A stretch of DNA of 63,426 nt, filler included, from Polymyxa betae A26-41 (taxonomy: Eukaryota; Protista; Endomyxa: Phytomyxea), in the NCBI GenBank assembly GCA_003693705.1. It is 5 parts of 5 records of this genome, joined end to end, with 100 filler letters (N's around TTAATTAATTAA, not from the genome) between each part and the next. Parts side by side here need not be neighbours in the genome. Positions count along the whole stretch, not along the records: positions 1 to 11,199 come from RBZT01000720.1; positions 11,300 to 25,453 come from RBZT01000870.1; 3 more parts are not named here. One strand, 5' to 3'. The notes beneath the pieces were generated by a model that worked only from the letters and a program-made list of their open reading frames with translations, did not search any database and had not been told where the DNA came from. The translations under genes and the position numbers were made by a program. Of this stretch, positions 1 through 11,850 are shown piece by piece (positions within the stretch are counted from its first letter, which is position 1; each line of letters starts with the position of its first letter).

Positions 1-594
1 AAAACCCTCTCCCGTCTAACATTATTGTTAGACGGGAGAGGATTTTGAACTGGAATGAGTTTGAAGAAGTGTTTTTATTTTTTAAATGTAAATGTAAACG
101 GAAGGCAATGGTTCCGGTTGAATTAGCGTGAGTCAACGCTATTGATATCTCGTGATTGGTCTAACAGCGCTCATATGCTAACTGTTATTCTATGAGATCA
201 CGACAGTCTTTAATACCCTACATCCACCTCGTCATTATCAGAATTTAACCATTGACAGTATGTAGGTATTTATTTCATGGATAAAATGTAATCGGATTGA
301 TAGGTTTAAGTGACAAAATATCCCTGTATGGTGCCTTGTTCAAGCAAACAGGTTGCCTGTGAGCGTTAAAGATGTTTCAAGATTGTGACTGTTTGAGTCA
401 ATGAAACACAATAACGTTTCACAGTCTTCTTATTCAGCAGTAGACCAAATAAAACTCGTTTTTTCTATTGAAGCTCGGGTGTTTTAAGAGAGACGTGTTG
501 GATTCTGTCAGTGCGGCTAGGTCCGTGGCGGCATTTCAAGTCACCGTGAGGGTAGGGAGGGTGCTCCCGCCACCCTCGCCTCCATTCAATTCTA

Positions 595-628
595 CTCTCT
601 CTCTCTCACTCTCTCTCTCTCTCTCTCT
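595..628. repeat. (CT)n microsatellite
   Basis: Run of CT dinucleotides with one interruption, read directly. Confidence 0.9.
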
Positions 629-959
629 ATCTTCACCGACGATCGAGCTGCTCAACGTCCGCAACCCGATTTCTGTCCAAGAACTGATCGAAATGGATGC
701 GCATGTGCTCGACCCAGTGTGGATATTGACCAACTGATTAAGTGCGTGGACGTGGCTGACATCTCCAAACTGCTGGGATACACGACTGTGCCATCGCCGT
801 ACACTACCAGACAGTCAACGAAAATCAAGAAGGTCGCCGACGTGCCATTCCCCTGTGTTTTAATCCTGGAGTGAAGATGTACCATCCCACCAAGACCAAC
901 AAGGACCTGCTGATCGGGATATCCCAGTGCCTGGAGGAGAAAGACATCAAGATGGCGTC

Positions 960-1408
960 GCCGTCGCATCCTGGAATGACGCTGACCTCAAGGAAATGTC
1001 CCGCAGCGACCTCCATTCTAACCTACATGAAACAGAACATTTTCCTCGAACAATCGTGAATTGACAACATGCTCAGCAGCTTCCAACGTAGATGATTCCC
1101 GAGTTCGTGTACTTACCTTCTCTTCCATTCCAGACGATAACGCCCGGCATACTTACCCCAGACGCTAGGCAAACGTTTCATCTGACGTTCGACCTTCGTC
1201 CATACACGCCCCATCACTCTACGTTTGATGGGCATTCCTTCCAGCTGAATTTGGTCGCCCGGTGGAAATGGATGATCGGGTTGTATAACATCAAATCGGT
1301 GCCATCAACCTCGATCGTGGCAGTTCCTGCCCTTACAAGTTCCTGATCATTATCGTGCTCAGATAATCCGTTCAGATCGCTTAATAAGCCAGCGAACAGG
1401 TTTCGTAT
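960..1408 (-). pseudogene. Degenerate paralog of the unknown gene at 21752-22300 (one full exon plus following segments)
   Basis: Manual translation: cag|IRNLFAGLLSDL...AGTATIEVDGTDLMLYNPIIHFHRATKFSW (frameshift) MGRVWTKVERQMKRLPSVWGKYAGRYRLEWKR|gtaagt (exon 1117-1408), then EAAEHVVNSRLFEENVLFH|gt and MEVA. All of these match the contig-2 copy. Confidence 0.85.
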
Positions 1409-1439
1409 CTGTTCTTTATGATAAGAATTGGTTCGTGCT

Positions 1440-2592
1440 TGACAAAGTTTTGCTTACCTGAACGTCGACATTGTTCTTTACTGGAGTGCTGTCAAAGAGC
1501 CGGAATTCAAGCGTACATTTATCTGATCTACGGGCAGAAGCAGCAGATCCGATACGGCCTGGACGGTCTTGAAGACATCTGGATGACACATGGACTGCAT
1601 CTGAAATGGGGACGTGCGGATGACACGAACTCATTGCTTTCTCGCGTGGTCTACATTCTCTCTCTCTATGTCACTCAATGGTGAAGCTTGCAGATTATAA
1701 TCTATCCCAAATTTTCAGCTGGAGTTTAACTTCATTGAAATGTTTTGGGGAGCATGCAAAGCATTTGCCAGAAATAATTATGATTACTCATGGAAAACTT
1801 TGCATGCGATTGTCCGCCGAGCCCTGAATTCCGTTATCCTCCCTACAATACGAAGCGTCAAGCAATGTTCGCTTTATTCTATAAGAGACTTCAATCGGAG
1901 TTTCAGTCGCTCTTATCTTACTAAAATCTTCAATTCCGTCAATGTCAATCTTCGTTATTTTGAATCTTCTAATTCGACGGATTCGTCGAGGAAAAGAATT
2001 CCTATCATCCTTCCTTATTATCCTAATATTCTGAAAATTCTTTTATTAGGCTCCTCCGCAACTTAGATCAACATCCATACGCTCTCAAGTCAAACCTCGA
2101 ATTCTTCGCCGCTTACCGTAAAAACGGTAATGTACTCGACCTTACCTCTCAATCCATTATCACTATGGATCAACTACAGTACCTTAACAGTACTAAATCC
2201 TAATAAATCATACTTTATCCGTCCGCAATACCTGTGTCACCTACTCAAGCCGTAGATCACGGAATTGTGCGCTTGAAGACGCGCCGATTACGCTAGTTAA
2301 TATCGGTCAGAAACGGACTACGGATTTAGTATCTACAAGGCCGATATAACTGTTGAAAGCCAACAGACATTATCCTAACAGGTCAATTGGAAGCCATTTT
2401 ATTCCCCTTTAAAGCCTTGAATTCCATTCTCCTCCCTACAATACGAGGTTTGCTCTCAAAAGTGACCGATGCATTGACGCCTACCGTGAAGCGGACGGTG
2501 GTGCACGCCTAATTACCGCTCAAGTTGAGATCGCAGTTAAGAAGTACAAATCGCACCGCGCAATACCTTCATCGAGCTTGAATACACTCTAG
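1440..2592 (+). mobile_element. C-terminal remnant of a Tc1/IS630-like DDE transposase, split by an insertion
   Basis: [26 protein letters not shown]...[11 protein letters not shown] ends at 1853 and resumes after 2446 as ...CIDAYR...QVEIAVKKYKSHR. This fits the PKFHCELNxIExxW...DAY...KKYxSHR pattern of fungal/oomycete DDE transposases. Confidence 0.7.
1854..2412 (+). mobile_element. 5'-truncated Penelope-like retroelement fragment flanked by a 34-bp duplication
   Basis: Flanks 1820-1853 and 2413-2446 match at 31/34. The insert encodes [15 protein letters not shown]...IPIILPYYP...AAYRKNGNVLDL (one frameshift, stop 2201-2203), resembling the post-RT region of PLEs. Confidence 0.55.
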
Positions 2593-4839
2593 TTTCCTCG
2601 GGAACGTAGTTTCTTGTAATGTAGTGCGGCCTTCTGGGAATTCCAAACTAAGACTAATTGGCGGTTTATGTAAGTGTTAAATTCACCAGCGAGCCTGTGA
2701 TCCCTAACTCTGTTCCTACGGAGCATAGTTTGGTGGATCCCGGCTCTGTTAATTAGCCATGATGACGGAGTTTCGCGCACGACTGTTCAACCTCATTTTC
2801 ACTTCTGCAATCGATCTAGCTGACAAGTACCTGCGGGACTGGGCGCGGATCAACCGGAAAGCTGACATTAAGCAAAAATGCAAAATACAGGAATACCTGC
2901 GACCCCTACAAGCTGCGGAACAATCCGCAGGTTTTGAGCGCGGATCAGTTGGAGTTCTTTAAAACTCCAGGCAGCCCAGCGGGCACTGGCCCATGCTAAG
3001 GCCAACAAAAACACGCCTATGACTGTGAACGTATCTTCAAAAAAATATGATTAATTTTCTCGTTTACCAAAATGCGCTTATTCGCTTGTTGGTTTCTCTT
3101 TAACGGCATCAATATTGTAAATTAGCTTGCATTAAGCGATTGTTTTTCTTTTGTATGGACATTTCACCCGGTTGGTTGAATTCGTGTTGATGAGAATGAA
3201 CAAGAAGAAGAGCATAATCGAAATGCAATGACCACGCAGTTTGCGGCCCATTAAGGTCTGTTACAGTTTTGAGGAGAATTTATGTGAAAGCTTAGCATAT
3301 CAGTATCGATTTGTAAAGCTTCTTCGTCGTGCTTTAGATGCCATCTAGCAAGAAGAGAAAGCAACGAAAGCAGCTGACGCTCAAACAATTTACAGTGGAT
3401 GCAATTTTTTACAATAAATCTAATCCGCACAGTCTGTGACTTACAGATTCAAGTTTTTCGAATCTCGCATAATGAATTTTTTAAAGAAAACTATAAATTA
3501 TAAGATATGAGAGGATATTGATTATGATCATATAAAATGCTCGGAAGAACCAAAAAGTTATCCCATATGCGAGAGAGTCCGCTATGAGAGAACAAATCAT
3601 TCGAGGGTCTACTGTATTATTTTTCTTAGAAAATTGATATTAGGATGCTCAAAGCTTACAAAACAATCAGCTCCTTTAATCAGCAGTTTTATACACATTC
3701 AACAGCTCGGGCAAGATCTCAGAAAAAATCTTCGTACAGTAGTGGTGGAGCAAGAAATCACAAAAACGCGGATCAGGTTGCTGCTATGTCACTCACAAAG
3801 TCGAGCTCATAATTTGTCATTTGGTTTCATGTTTCTATCTGAATGTTTTACGATTTTGCAAAGTTTGCAAAATCTAATACTGAGAGAATTGTTCGTTTTT
3901 ATGGATTCAATCATGCCATCATCTATCGAAATCATCAGAAAATGCGACATTTTGGGCTCAAGGATTCCGGCCATTCAGCTGCCTTGGTTCATTCCCGCTT
4001 GCATACGATCCCGGCAATGTCCTGGGGCAGTATCTCTGGATTTAATTCCAAAAGCTAAAGCAGCTCGTGTACTGAAACGTAAGTTGGCAAACTGGCCACT
4101 GTTGTAGTAAAAATCCAAAAATGTTTTTTATCCGACATCCAGAAGCAAATGTGCGTCAACACCATTCGATGTGAAATGGACGAAGAAGAGATGAAAGTTT
4201 TTGAATCTGCATCGAGTCTCCTACGATATCGAAACTGTCCTAATCAAAAAGCGAGGCCCCCCTGGTGGATTACTGCCCTCATGTACGACGAGTGCTGCTC
4301 TACAGCACGACCTGAGAGACGGTCGACAGTCCTATGGTGACGACGACGGGACGATTTCTAGGGTTTCGGGTCAAAGTTTGCCTGAAGAATATTTAGAAAA
4401 CAGAAAACATAATACTGTAGCCTCTGTGATTCGCAAATATGATTCAAAACTGAACGGGAGGCTGCGACCAAGGTCGGTGTATTATCCTTCATGAATGATT
4501 TCCTAGTCAGGAATGTTACGAGCGACCGTCCTTGTATTGTATAGAACAAATGAGATCTGGAAGAGTGTTGGAATGTCGGAGGATAAGTCTATTTTAAGAT
4601 AGAAAGAATCGATTATGAGTCTGTGAAACATTACATTACATATAGCTATCACGTTTCAATATTCTCAGTAATGTAACTGATGCTCAATATAAACCCGGGG
4701 TCCGGGGCGTCATGGTTGCGATACGAAAATTAGGGTTTCAAGAAAAGAATCTCAACCCCTTTGTATTTACAAACAGTTATTAATACACTGAGAGCAATAA
4801 GCAAGGGTTTAGATTAGGGTCGTATGCCGTAGAGATGCT

Positions 4840-5323
4840 CTAACGCTGTGAAGCGTTCGACGATGTCTCCGGGACGTTCTCTCTGCGATTTGGGGCCTGT
4901 TCTGAGAGCATCTCGACCATGCGATCATCCGCTCCGAAAATGTATTGAAACACGTCCAATACGATCGGATACGATTGCGCATTCACATATGCAGTTAGAG
5001 TAGTAACAGCAGCACGCTGGACGCTCTCGCGTGTAACATCAAGATCCGGGCGGGGCGGAACGGCCTCGGACAGCGAGTCGAGCAGCGATTGCACGTCGGA
5101 CACGAATGCCCGGAAATGCGGGTCGGCGAGGAGCGCGTGCCCGTCCGCGGACAGAATCGCCTCCGCGTCTGTATCGTAAATTCAACCGTCCGCCAGTGCA
5201 GCAACGATACGGACTGGTGTTACCGTGAGGCACGATGATGGGGGCCACATTCGGATTGATGAACAGCGCTGTAGTCGCGGCGGCAATCGTCGCCAGAGCC
5301 AGTACGACCAGGAGGCGACACAT
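4840..5323 (-). CDS. Small secreted orphan protein, 142 aa, 2 exons (candidate effector)
   Basis: MCRLLVVLALATIAAATTA signal-peptide-like start. GT-AG intron 5169-5223 joins it in frame to ORF 4840-5103. Confidence 0.7.
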
Positions 5324-6286
5324 TGATTGGAAGACGATGACGATATCGACGGAATGAGAATGACAGCTGAGGCCGGTCAATCTCTCGAAACTCCGATCCC
5401 GGAATAATGCCGCGATTAGTCATTGGTGTTGAAATTCGATCTGTTGCTGGTCAATCTTCGATCCGGGATTAAAGTCGCGATTAATCATTGAAGTTGAAAT
5501 GTTTTGCGTCAATTTATGATTAACCCACAAAAACTAGTTAGAATCCCCTGAAAAATGTTCAGATCCCGGATAGAATGCACAAAGGCATCCTCGAGAGTCA
5601 CTCGTATTTTTCAAGTTCCGCAACATACGGAGGATTGGCCCAGGTGCAAGGCGTGGGATTCCAGACCCCAAGATCGGCGGTTCGATTCCGTCATCCTTCA
5701 TTTCTTTTTTTCTTGGATCTGTTTTGCAGATTGAAAAGACGGTCGCAATAAGTAAGAAATAACTACCAGTGACCTTCAATTTCGAAGCGGTTTGTTATGT
5801 CATCATCCTTTGTTTTGAGGTTCTTTCGATTTGCAAGAGCAAACTTCTCCATTTTTCTGCTGTCGACTTGCACTGAGTATGGAGTAGATCAGTGAGCACA
5901 CTGACGAATACCCCACACGCATACGACAGAGATGCTGCAACTCTATCCTGATCACAATACCTTCATTATAACAAACTTTGTGATGGCAAAATACTTCTAT
6001 GACTGGAAATCAAAGTGTGCGTGAAAAATTCGTTCATAGAATATATTTTGACACTTTTTCACCAAATGAAAAAGTGACAAAATGTCAGTCCTCCCAACAG
6101 TCCAAATGTTGAAGATAACAACTCATAAACAAAAAATGTTTCTCTCAAGGAGATCGTCTGGTTTCGGCCGTCACTCACACCAAGAATCTGTAAGATTCCG
6201 GCAAAATCGAATGTCCGCAACGGTATTTTTGGAGGTTTTTACGGGGACGTCGCAGTGTCCTTGACCGGGTGAACCGCATCATTTCA

Positions 6287-7748
6287 ATGTCTTCTTTCAT
6301 CATTGTTCTGGTTGCGGCGGTCGCCGTGACCACAAACGCCGCCGTACTGGCAGATGACAGCGACAACGACGGCCTCCTCGTTCACAGCACCAACGTCTGC
6401 AATCTCATGTAACGTGCTCGTACACGAATCGCCTCCGATCTGTAACATTACATAGCCGAGGCCGCGAAGTCCCCGTCCACATCTGGAAGCAGACGTTACC
6501 GGTCACGTTACAGGCCATGTTTTGTTACGCGCAGCCCCCCTATGACCATCTCGTCACGCGCAACATGCAGACGATCATCACGCGGATCGTCGATCTTGTT
6601 ACCCGCAAATCGAACCGTCAGAACCTTTCGGACGACGCCGGGCCAGTATTCCCGTTGGTCTTTCTCGGCGTTTTTCTCGAAAAGGTTAACGAGTCCGCGG
6701 CCTCTGGCGCTTTGCGCGAGGAAGTTTTCGTTTTCGTTTCGTTTCTGCTGTGCCATATTGAAGATGAAGATTTCGAGTCTTATTTCGATGCGTATGGAAG
6801 GACGGTGCTGCTGCCGTTGTTGGAGGTCGTCATGGGCAACGAGTTCCGCAACAATCGATGGACGCAGGCGAAACCGTTCACGGATTTCTGCCATCTGGAT
6901 CGCACTTATTTCGACAAATTTCTCAACTCCGACAATTCGTGTTCGGAGCGGCTACAATGCGTCAAGTTTCTGACAAAGTCGTTTTTTGCTTTGGTTGGAT
7001 TTTCAAAAAAAAAAAATACACAGTAGTATCGAAGTCTATCGTTTTTTTTATTTTCAGGCAACTTTTTTTGAATGTTTCATCTCCTATTATCTGCAACAAG
7101 TTTTTATTCGTTCCGCATTTTGAAAACATTTTCATTTTTTTGACATTTCTTTGAAATGATACTTTCTCAGTCATAAACTTTCTCGCTTTCGTCACTTTCT
7201 TTGATCTTTTGAAAAGATCCGCTCTTATGTGATTGTTTTGTAGGAACCACGCCAATAATTTTGCGAACAAATTGATGCGAGGTTTGGGGATCAGCTACGA
7301 TTGGTATCGTCTGAAGCCTCTGGAGAGCTTCTTCTGCCGAATGTTGCCGGAGCGAACCCGGCAGAATCTGTTGCGGAACTTCTTATCATACGATATCGAG
7401 AAGCAGCTGAAGAAGGCGAGATCGTCGCCGTGGCTGAAATGCCTCACGCCGATGCGGGAACTGCGGCCTGGAGGCCGCACCACTGCGCGGTTCCCCTCCA
7501 CTCCTGGACCGAATCTGGTCAAGTCGATCTCTGGTTCGCCGCATTTCAGATATTTCTATGAATCGCTGCTGCTTGCCTCCGAACACAGACTGTCCTGGGA
7601 GCCGCCAAATCGATGCACACGCGATTTCGCCGAACTGGGCGGGTACGACAGAGCGTTTTCAATCCAGAAATTTGTTTTTTTTTTCGGAAATCAATTTGAT
7701 GAGGTTTTTCGTTCGCTATTTTCGAGATTGCCTCATTCAATATTTTGA
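6287..7748 (+). CDS. Secreted orphan protein, frame disrupted near the poly-A at about 7010; 3' end uncertain
   Basis: MSSFIIVLVAAVAVTTNAA start. Intron 6409-6455 joins it in frame to ORF 6517-7026. Similar-style ORF 7233-7748 lies downstream. Confidence 0.55.
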
Positions 7749-9512
7749 GAAATAAATTGAAAGGTTTTTTATCTTCAATCAGTCTGCCATTTTTCTCTTT
7801 TTCTTGGAACTTTTCATTTGATTTTATAATCTTCTCAGATAATGTTTTTTTCTCACAAACTTTTTGAGTGGGGTATAGATACAGTTAGGGTTTTGGGTGC
7901 TGTGTCATGATTGCTGAGATAACGGTTGCAGATTGCTCGGGATTCCCGCTACGATATTCACCTCACGAACTCGATTGGACAACACCATGGTCACATCGCT
8001 CAGCTGTTTCATCCCTCAGCTGCCTGATCACCAATTCTACGAATTCAACCGAAAAGTCATCACGCAATGGTCCGTATCTTAATACATTCTGCGCTCGCGA
8101 TTAATTTCGGAATCTCAGGAATATTTTGAGTAAATGCAAGCGCCATTCGGCTCACGAAAAGAACGCCAAGCTGATCTGCTCCTGATCTGCCAATTCAACA
8201 TCGTCGAGCAGAAAAAATTCCGACGTTCGGATTCGACTTTGGCGCAGCGAGATTTGCGAGCTATGCTGGCGATGGTGGAAGACTCCGATATTGAAGATAA
8301 AGCCGCATCCCGTCGTATTCTTGCTGATATGCGCTCGATCGAATGTCCGCATTGTTGAAAAAATAAACTTTGATTGAAATGAATGGCGCACTTTTCTCCG
8401 CACTTTTTTAATATAACGGATTTTCATGAAAAATCACATCGTCCTTGTTTTCATTAATAGAAAAAAATTGGATTGGATTTTGGCTTGACGAACTTGTCAT
8501 TAAAAAACCCTAAGCGAAAACCCTGATTTTTTCAAGGTGATAAACTCAAAGCTGCTTGGGCGTGGTTGGAGCGGCAACAGCAGTGATGCGTAGGTTTTGG
8601 CCGAAGGCGAATCCGCGCTTGCTGGACAGTAGGGTTTAGGGTTCATCTTTCATATGATTGTTAGGGTTTCTAGTGCAGTGAAGCAAACTGTTTTTGCATG
8701 AAATCCGAATACGAGGGTTTCATAGCAGCTAGTTACAGGCTTCGCTCGATAAGGAATACAGCCATGAAGATGTTCTACAGGACGTAACGATAAGACAAAG
8801 TCACGCAGATTTCTTTAATACAACTTGGTCTGTTTCAATAGCAACGGACTTATTCAACGAGTTTATTTCGAACTTAACAATGACGACGATGAGCTCTCAT
8901 AACGCATGAAACATCTGATACGATCATGGCTGAGAGATGAAACGGACAGAAGTTCACAGGATCTTGTAACGTAACCCCAAACAAGGACTAAAGAGACATG
9001 CGACTGCTGCAAGCCGAACGGATGGTGTTTAGGGTTTATGGAAGCAGAGCCCATCGGGGTCGCCGGAACAGGGAAAGGCCGCGGCTCGCTCTAAAGTCCC
9101 GATCTGACCTTCATCGAAATTCTTCTAATAGTTGTCTCACTTTTGAAAAAAACCAATATGGTGTTTTGCAAACGTTACATTTTTGATCCCGAATATATCC
9201 CTGCCTGTGATAGATTAGCATAAGCAGCTCAGCAAAGGTTAAACACGACTGTGTACCACCATACTGATTCTGAAAAACTTTGCTTAGGGTTAGGGTTTGT
9301 GATATAGCAAATGTGGCTCCCCATAGAGAATCTGATGCAGACAGGGTATCAGCGGCCACCACAACAATCATCAATAAACCATCGCGATGGATCCGACTGG
9401 TGGTGCGCACAAATCGAACAGAGCGCCACGGACTCCGAAACAGTTTCGATTCGATCAATCTACCTCCCCCCCCCCCCATTCTACTTCGTCGATCAGACCC
9501 CTCAACCCCACC

Positions 9513-10832
9513 ATGCTGTTTCTGCCGCTGATCGCCGGGGTCGTGTTGGCCCTGGGAGCGGCCTGCGCCCCGACCCAGCCCCAGTCCCTGCCGGAACCCG
9601 CTCCGGAACTGTCGATGGCCGTCCGGTCACTGACCTCCCAACTCCGTAGCAGCTCGTCGGCTGTTGCTGAACGGGTCACGCCAAAGTCGCTCGTGATCCT
9701 GTACGACCGCGTCATGCGTGACGCAGCCCTCAAGGACCGCGTCAAGGCCGACCTGCTGATCGAATTGTTGCAGGCGCTGGGCCAGCACGACCTCGCCGAC
9801 ATCGTCACGGCCTTGGCCGTCCAGCAGCTGGACTCGACTCTGTTCCCCGAGCCGACAACAATGGCCCCCGCGTCACCCATCCGCCTCCCGGAGTCGATCA
9901 TAACCGCAGTGGAGAGTTTCGTGGAAACCCTAAACCCTAACCCCAAATGCCGAAACCCATCCGCATTGTTCAACATTGTCGACCCCGCCGTACTGGCCGA
10001 TCATCTACTGTCACGTTCCGATGATCTCCAATACGAACTCGAAGACACGCGGGTCGTACTGGCCCTGTTACGTTGCGGTGTCCGATTCAAGTTCTTGGAT
10101 TATGTCAAACGTGTGGAGAAGACCGCCAAGGACACCGTCCCGCTACTGGCGCCGGCCGAGTTCCGCCATTTTCTCGACGCCGTCCGGCTGTTCATCGAAC
10201 GCGACCGTACGGACTTGGCGCGGGCTCTGTTCGACCTGCCGCTGTTCTGCGACCAGATCCGTCACGATCTCGACCCCGACAGCCCCGATGGTCGTACTGG
10301 ATTCTTCATCGACCTGCTCGCGGATCTCATCCCCCAAGACAGTGAGGAATTCTTCGGCTTTCTCTGCGGAGTTCCGTTCCTACCGGACATACTCTCCCAC
10401 GCGGACCATCATCGTCTGCTGGCGAAGGCCTTAAAGCACACGAAGCCGTTGATCATCTTGCAGCTGTTCCGAATTCCGACGTTAGGAGTTTTCAGTGATT
10501 TTGGCAACTCCGTCATGGTGCTGAATGCGGCGTTTCATAAAGACCAGAAGCGGTTCGCGGAGTCGTTGAAAACGTTCCAGCCGCTTCTTGACAGTGGCAT
10601 TTTCTGGATGCAGTTTCATGATGCCGAAGAAGCACTGATCTGTTATCTGCGCAGCCGCTTGACTGACGATCAGACGCACTTTTTCCGTCACCTCGTGAAT
10701 GATACGACGGTCTATTTCCTGAAACAGGAACTGAATAGGATCGTCCCTGTTCACCCTGGTCCCAATCAAATGAAAATCTGCCAGTATTTACGTGACCGAC
10801 TCCAGCCGGGTTCCGTGCGACGATGGTTTTGA
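9513..10832 (+). CDS. Intronless secreted orphan protein, 439 aa (candidate effector)
   Basis: Long GC-rich ORF. The ATG at 9513 gives MLFLPLIAGVVLALGAACA followed by a Pro-rich linker and a Leu-rich, probably helical body. Confidence 0.8.
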   Translation: MLFLPLIAGVVLALGAACAPTQPQSLPEPAPELSMAVRSLTSQLRSSSSAVAERVTPKSLVILYDRVMRDAALKDRVKADLLIELLQALGQHDLADIVTALAVQQLDSTLFPEPTTMAPASPIRLPESIITAVESFVETLNPNPKCRNPSALFNIVDPAVLADHLLSRSDDLQYELEDTRVVLALLRCGVRFKFLDYVKRVEKTAKDTVPLLAPAEFRHFLDAVRLFIERDRTDLARALFDLPLFCDQIRHDLDPDSPDGRTGFFIDLLADLIPQDSEEFFGFLCGVPFLPDILSHADHHRLLAKALKHTKPLIILQLFRIPTLGVFSDFGNSVMVLNAAFHKDQKRFAESLKTFQPLLDSGIFWMQFHDAEEALICYLRSRLTDDQTHFFRHLVNDTTVYFLKQELNRIVPVHPGPNQMKICQYLRDRLQPGSVRRWF

Positions 10833-10833
10833 T

Positions 10834-11199
10834 CACGTTACACTGTCTGCTGTATACTAAAGAGTCACGTTACTCTGTCTGCTGTTTAATACAGAATCAA
10901 GTTACACTGNNNNNNNNNNNNNNNNNNNNNNNNNNNNNNNNNNNNNNNNNNNNNNNNNNNNNNNNNNNNNNNNNNNNNNNNNNNNNNNNNNNNNNNNNNN
11001 NNNNNNNNNNNNNNNNNNNNNNNNCACGTTACTCTGTCTGCTGTATAATACAGAATCACGTTACTCTGTCTGCTCTATACTAAAGAGTCACGTTACTCTG
11101 TCTGCTGTCTCATACAGAATCACGTTACTCTGTCTGCTGTATACTAAAGAGTCACTTTACTCTGTCTGCTGTATAAAATACAGAATCAAGTTACACTGT
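10834..11199. repeat. 32-bp minisatellite with two alternating unit types
   Basis: cacgttactctgtctgctgtatactaaagagt alternating with cacgttactctgtctgctgtttaatacagaat and variants; contains an N gap and runs to the contig end. Confidence 0.9.
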
Positions 11200-11299
11200 N
11201 NNNNNNNNNNNNNNNNNNNNNNNNNNNNNNNNNNNNNNNNNNNTTAATTAATTAANNNNNNNNNNNNNNNNNNNNNNNNNNNNNNNNNNNNNNNNNNNN
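11200..11299. other. Artificial contig spacer
   Basis: 44 N + TTAATTAATTAA + 44 N, identical at four places. Confidence 0.97.
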
Positions 11300-11343
11300 A
11301 TATATATATCTTCATTTGTTGTTCACAATATCTACTTGACCAG

Positions 11344-11850
11344 ATTCCAAACAACATCCGTCTCGATGAATTATTTGAAAAGAAGAAATTTCATGAAGAG
11401 AAACCAAAGGGTGCCCTGCGTGCATACGTCGCTGCGCTGCTGGAGACTCAATCTTTCACCCGATTTATCGAAGAAAGGACGTTTCCAAGTGATCGTGATT
11501 CTGAGCTGAAGTTTTTCGATCATTGCTGTGATTATCATCGATCTGTTGAAGCCATTGCGGTATTTTCGCTCATTTTACCTGAGTTCCAGCTCTGATGTTG
11601 CAACAGGATAAAGCCGAAAGTTTGGCAGGACTTGTACAAAGCCTACTGACCACTTCTGATTTCAAATTCGTCTATCAGGTCCCTCTTCCGCCACCACACA
11701 GTAAGCTATTAGTTTTCACTTCGTGTGTTTAGCTGGAAATCGTTCTTTACGCTGCTCATTGTCGTTTATTGAATGGATATTTCCAGAAACAGAGATGTTC
11801 ACTCCATACCCATCATTTCCCATTCTGAATGAATCGTTTCTGTAGGAGGA
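11344..11850 (+). CDS. Partial DENN-domain (dDENN) Rab-GEF-like gene, 5' part off the contig
   Basis: Exon from 11344: AYVAALLETQSFTRFIEERTFPSDRDSELKFFD, matching the dDENN ETQxFxxFIEER...FFD pattern; followed by short GT-AG introns. Confidence 0.65.

Noticed and set aside
1418-2592. Fanzor/TnpB next to the Tc1/IS630-like transposase
   Set aside because: No RuvC motifs or CxxC...CxxC-RD pattern seen here or elsewhere in the window.
2589-4600. Short ORFs here and at 17500-20600 and 58850-60330
   Set aside because: No recognisable motifs and many stops; probably decayed genes or noise.
10834-11199. CRISPR-like array
   Set aside because: The variable parts are only two alternating, related tails, not unique spacers; no cas genes; eukaryotic context.
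11244-11255. TTAATTAATTAA repeated four times as a biological motif
   Set aside because: Always centred in exactly 44+44 N, so it is an assembly linker with stops in all frames. Adjacency across these points means nothing.
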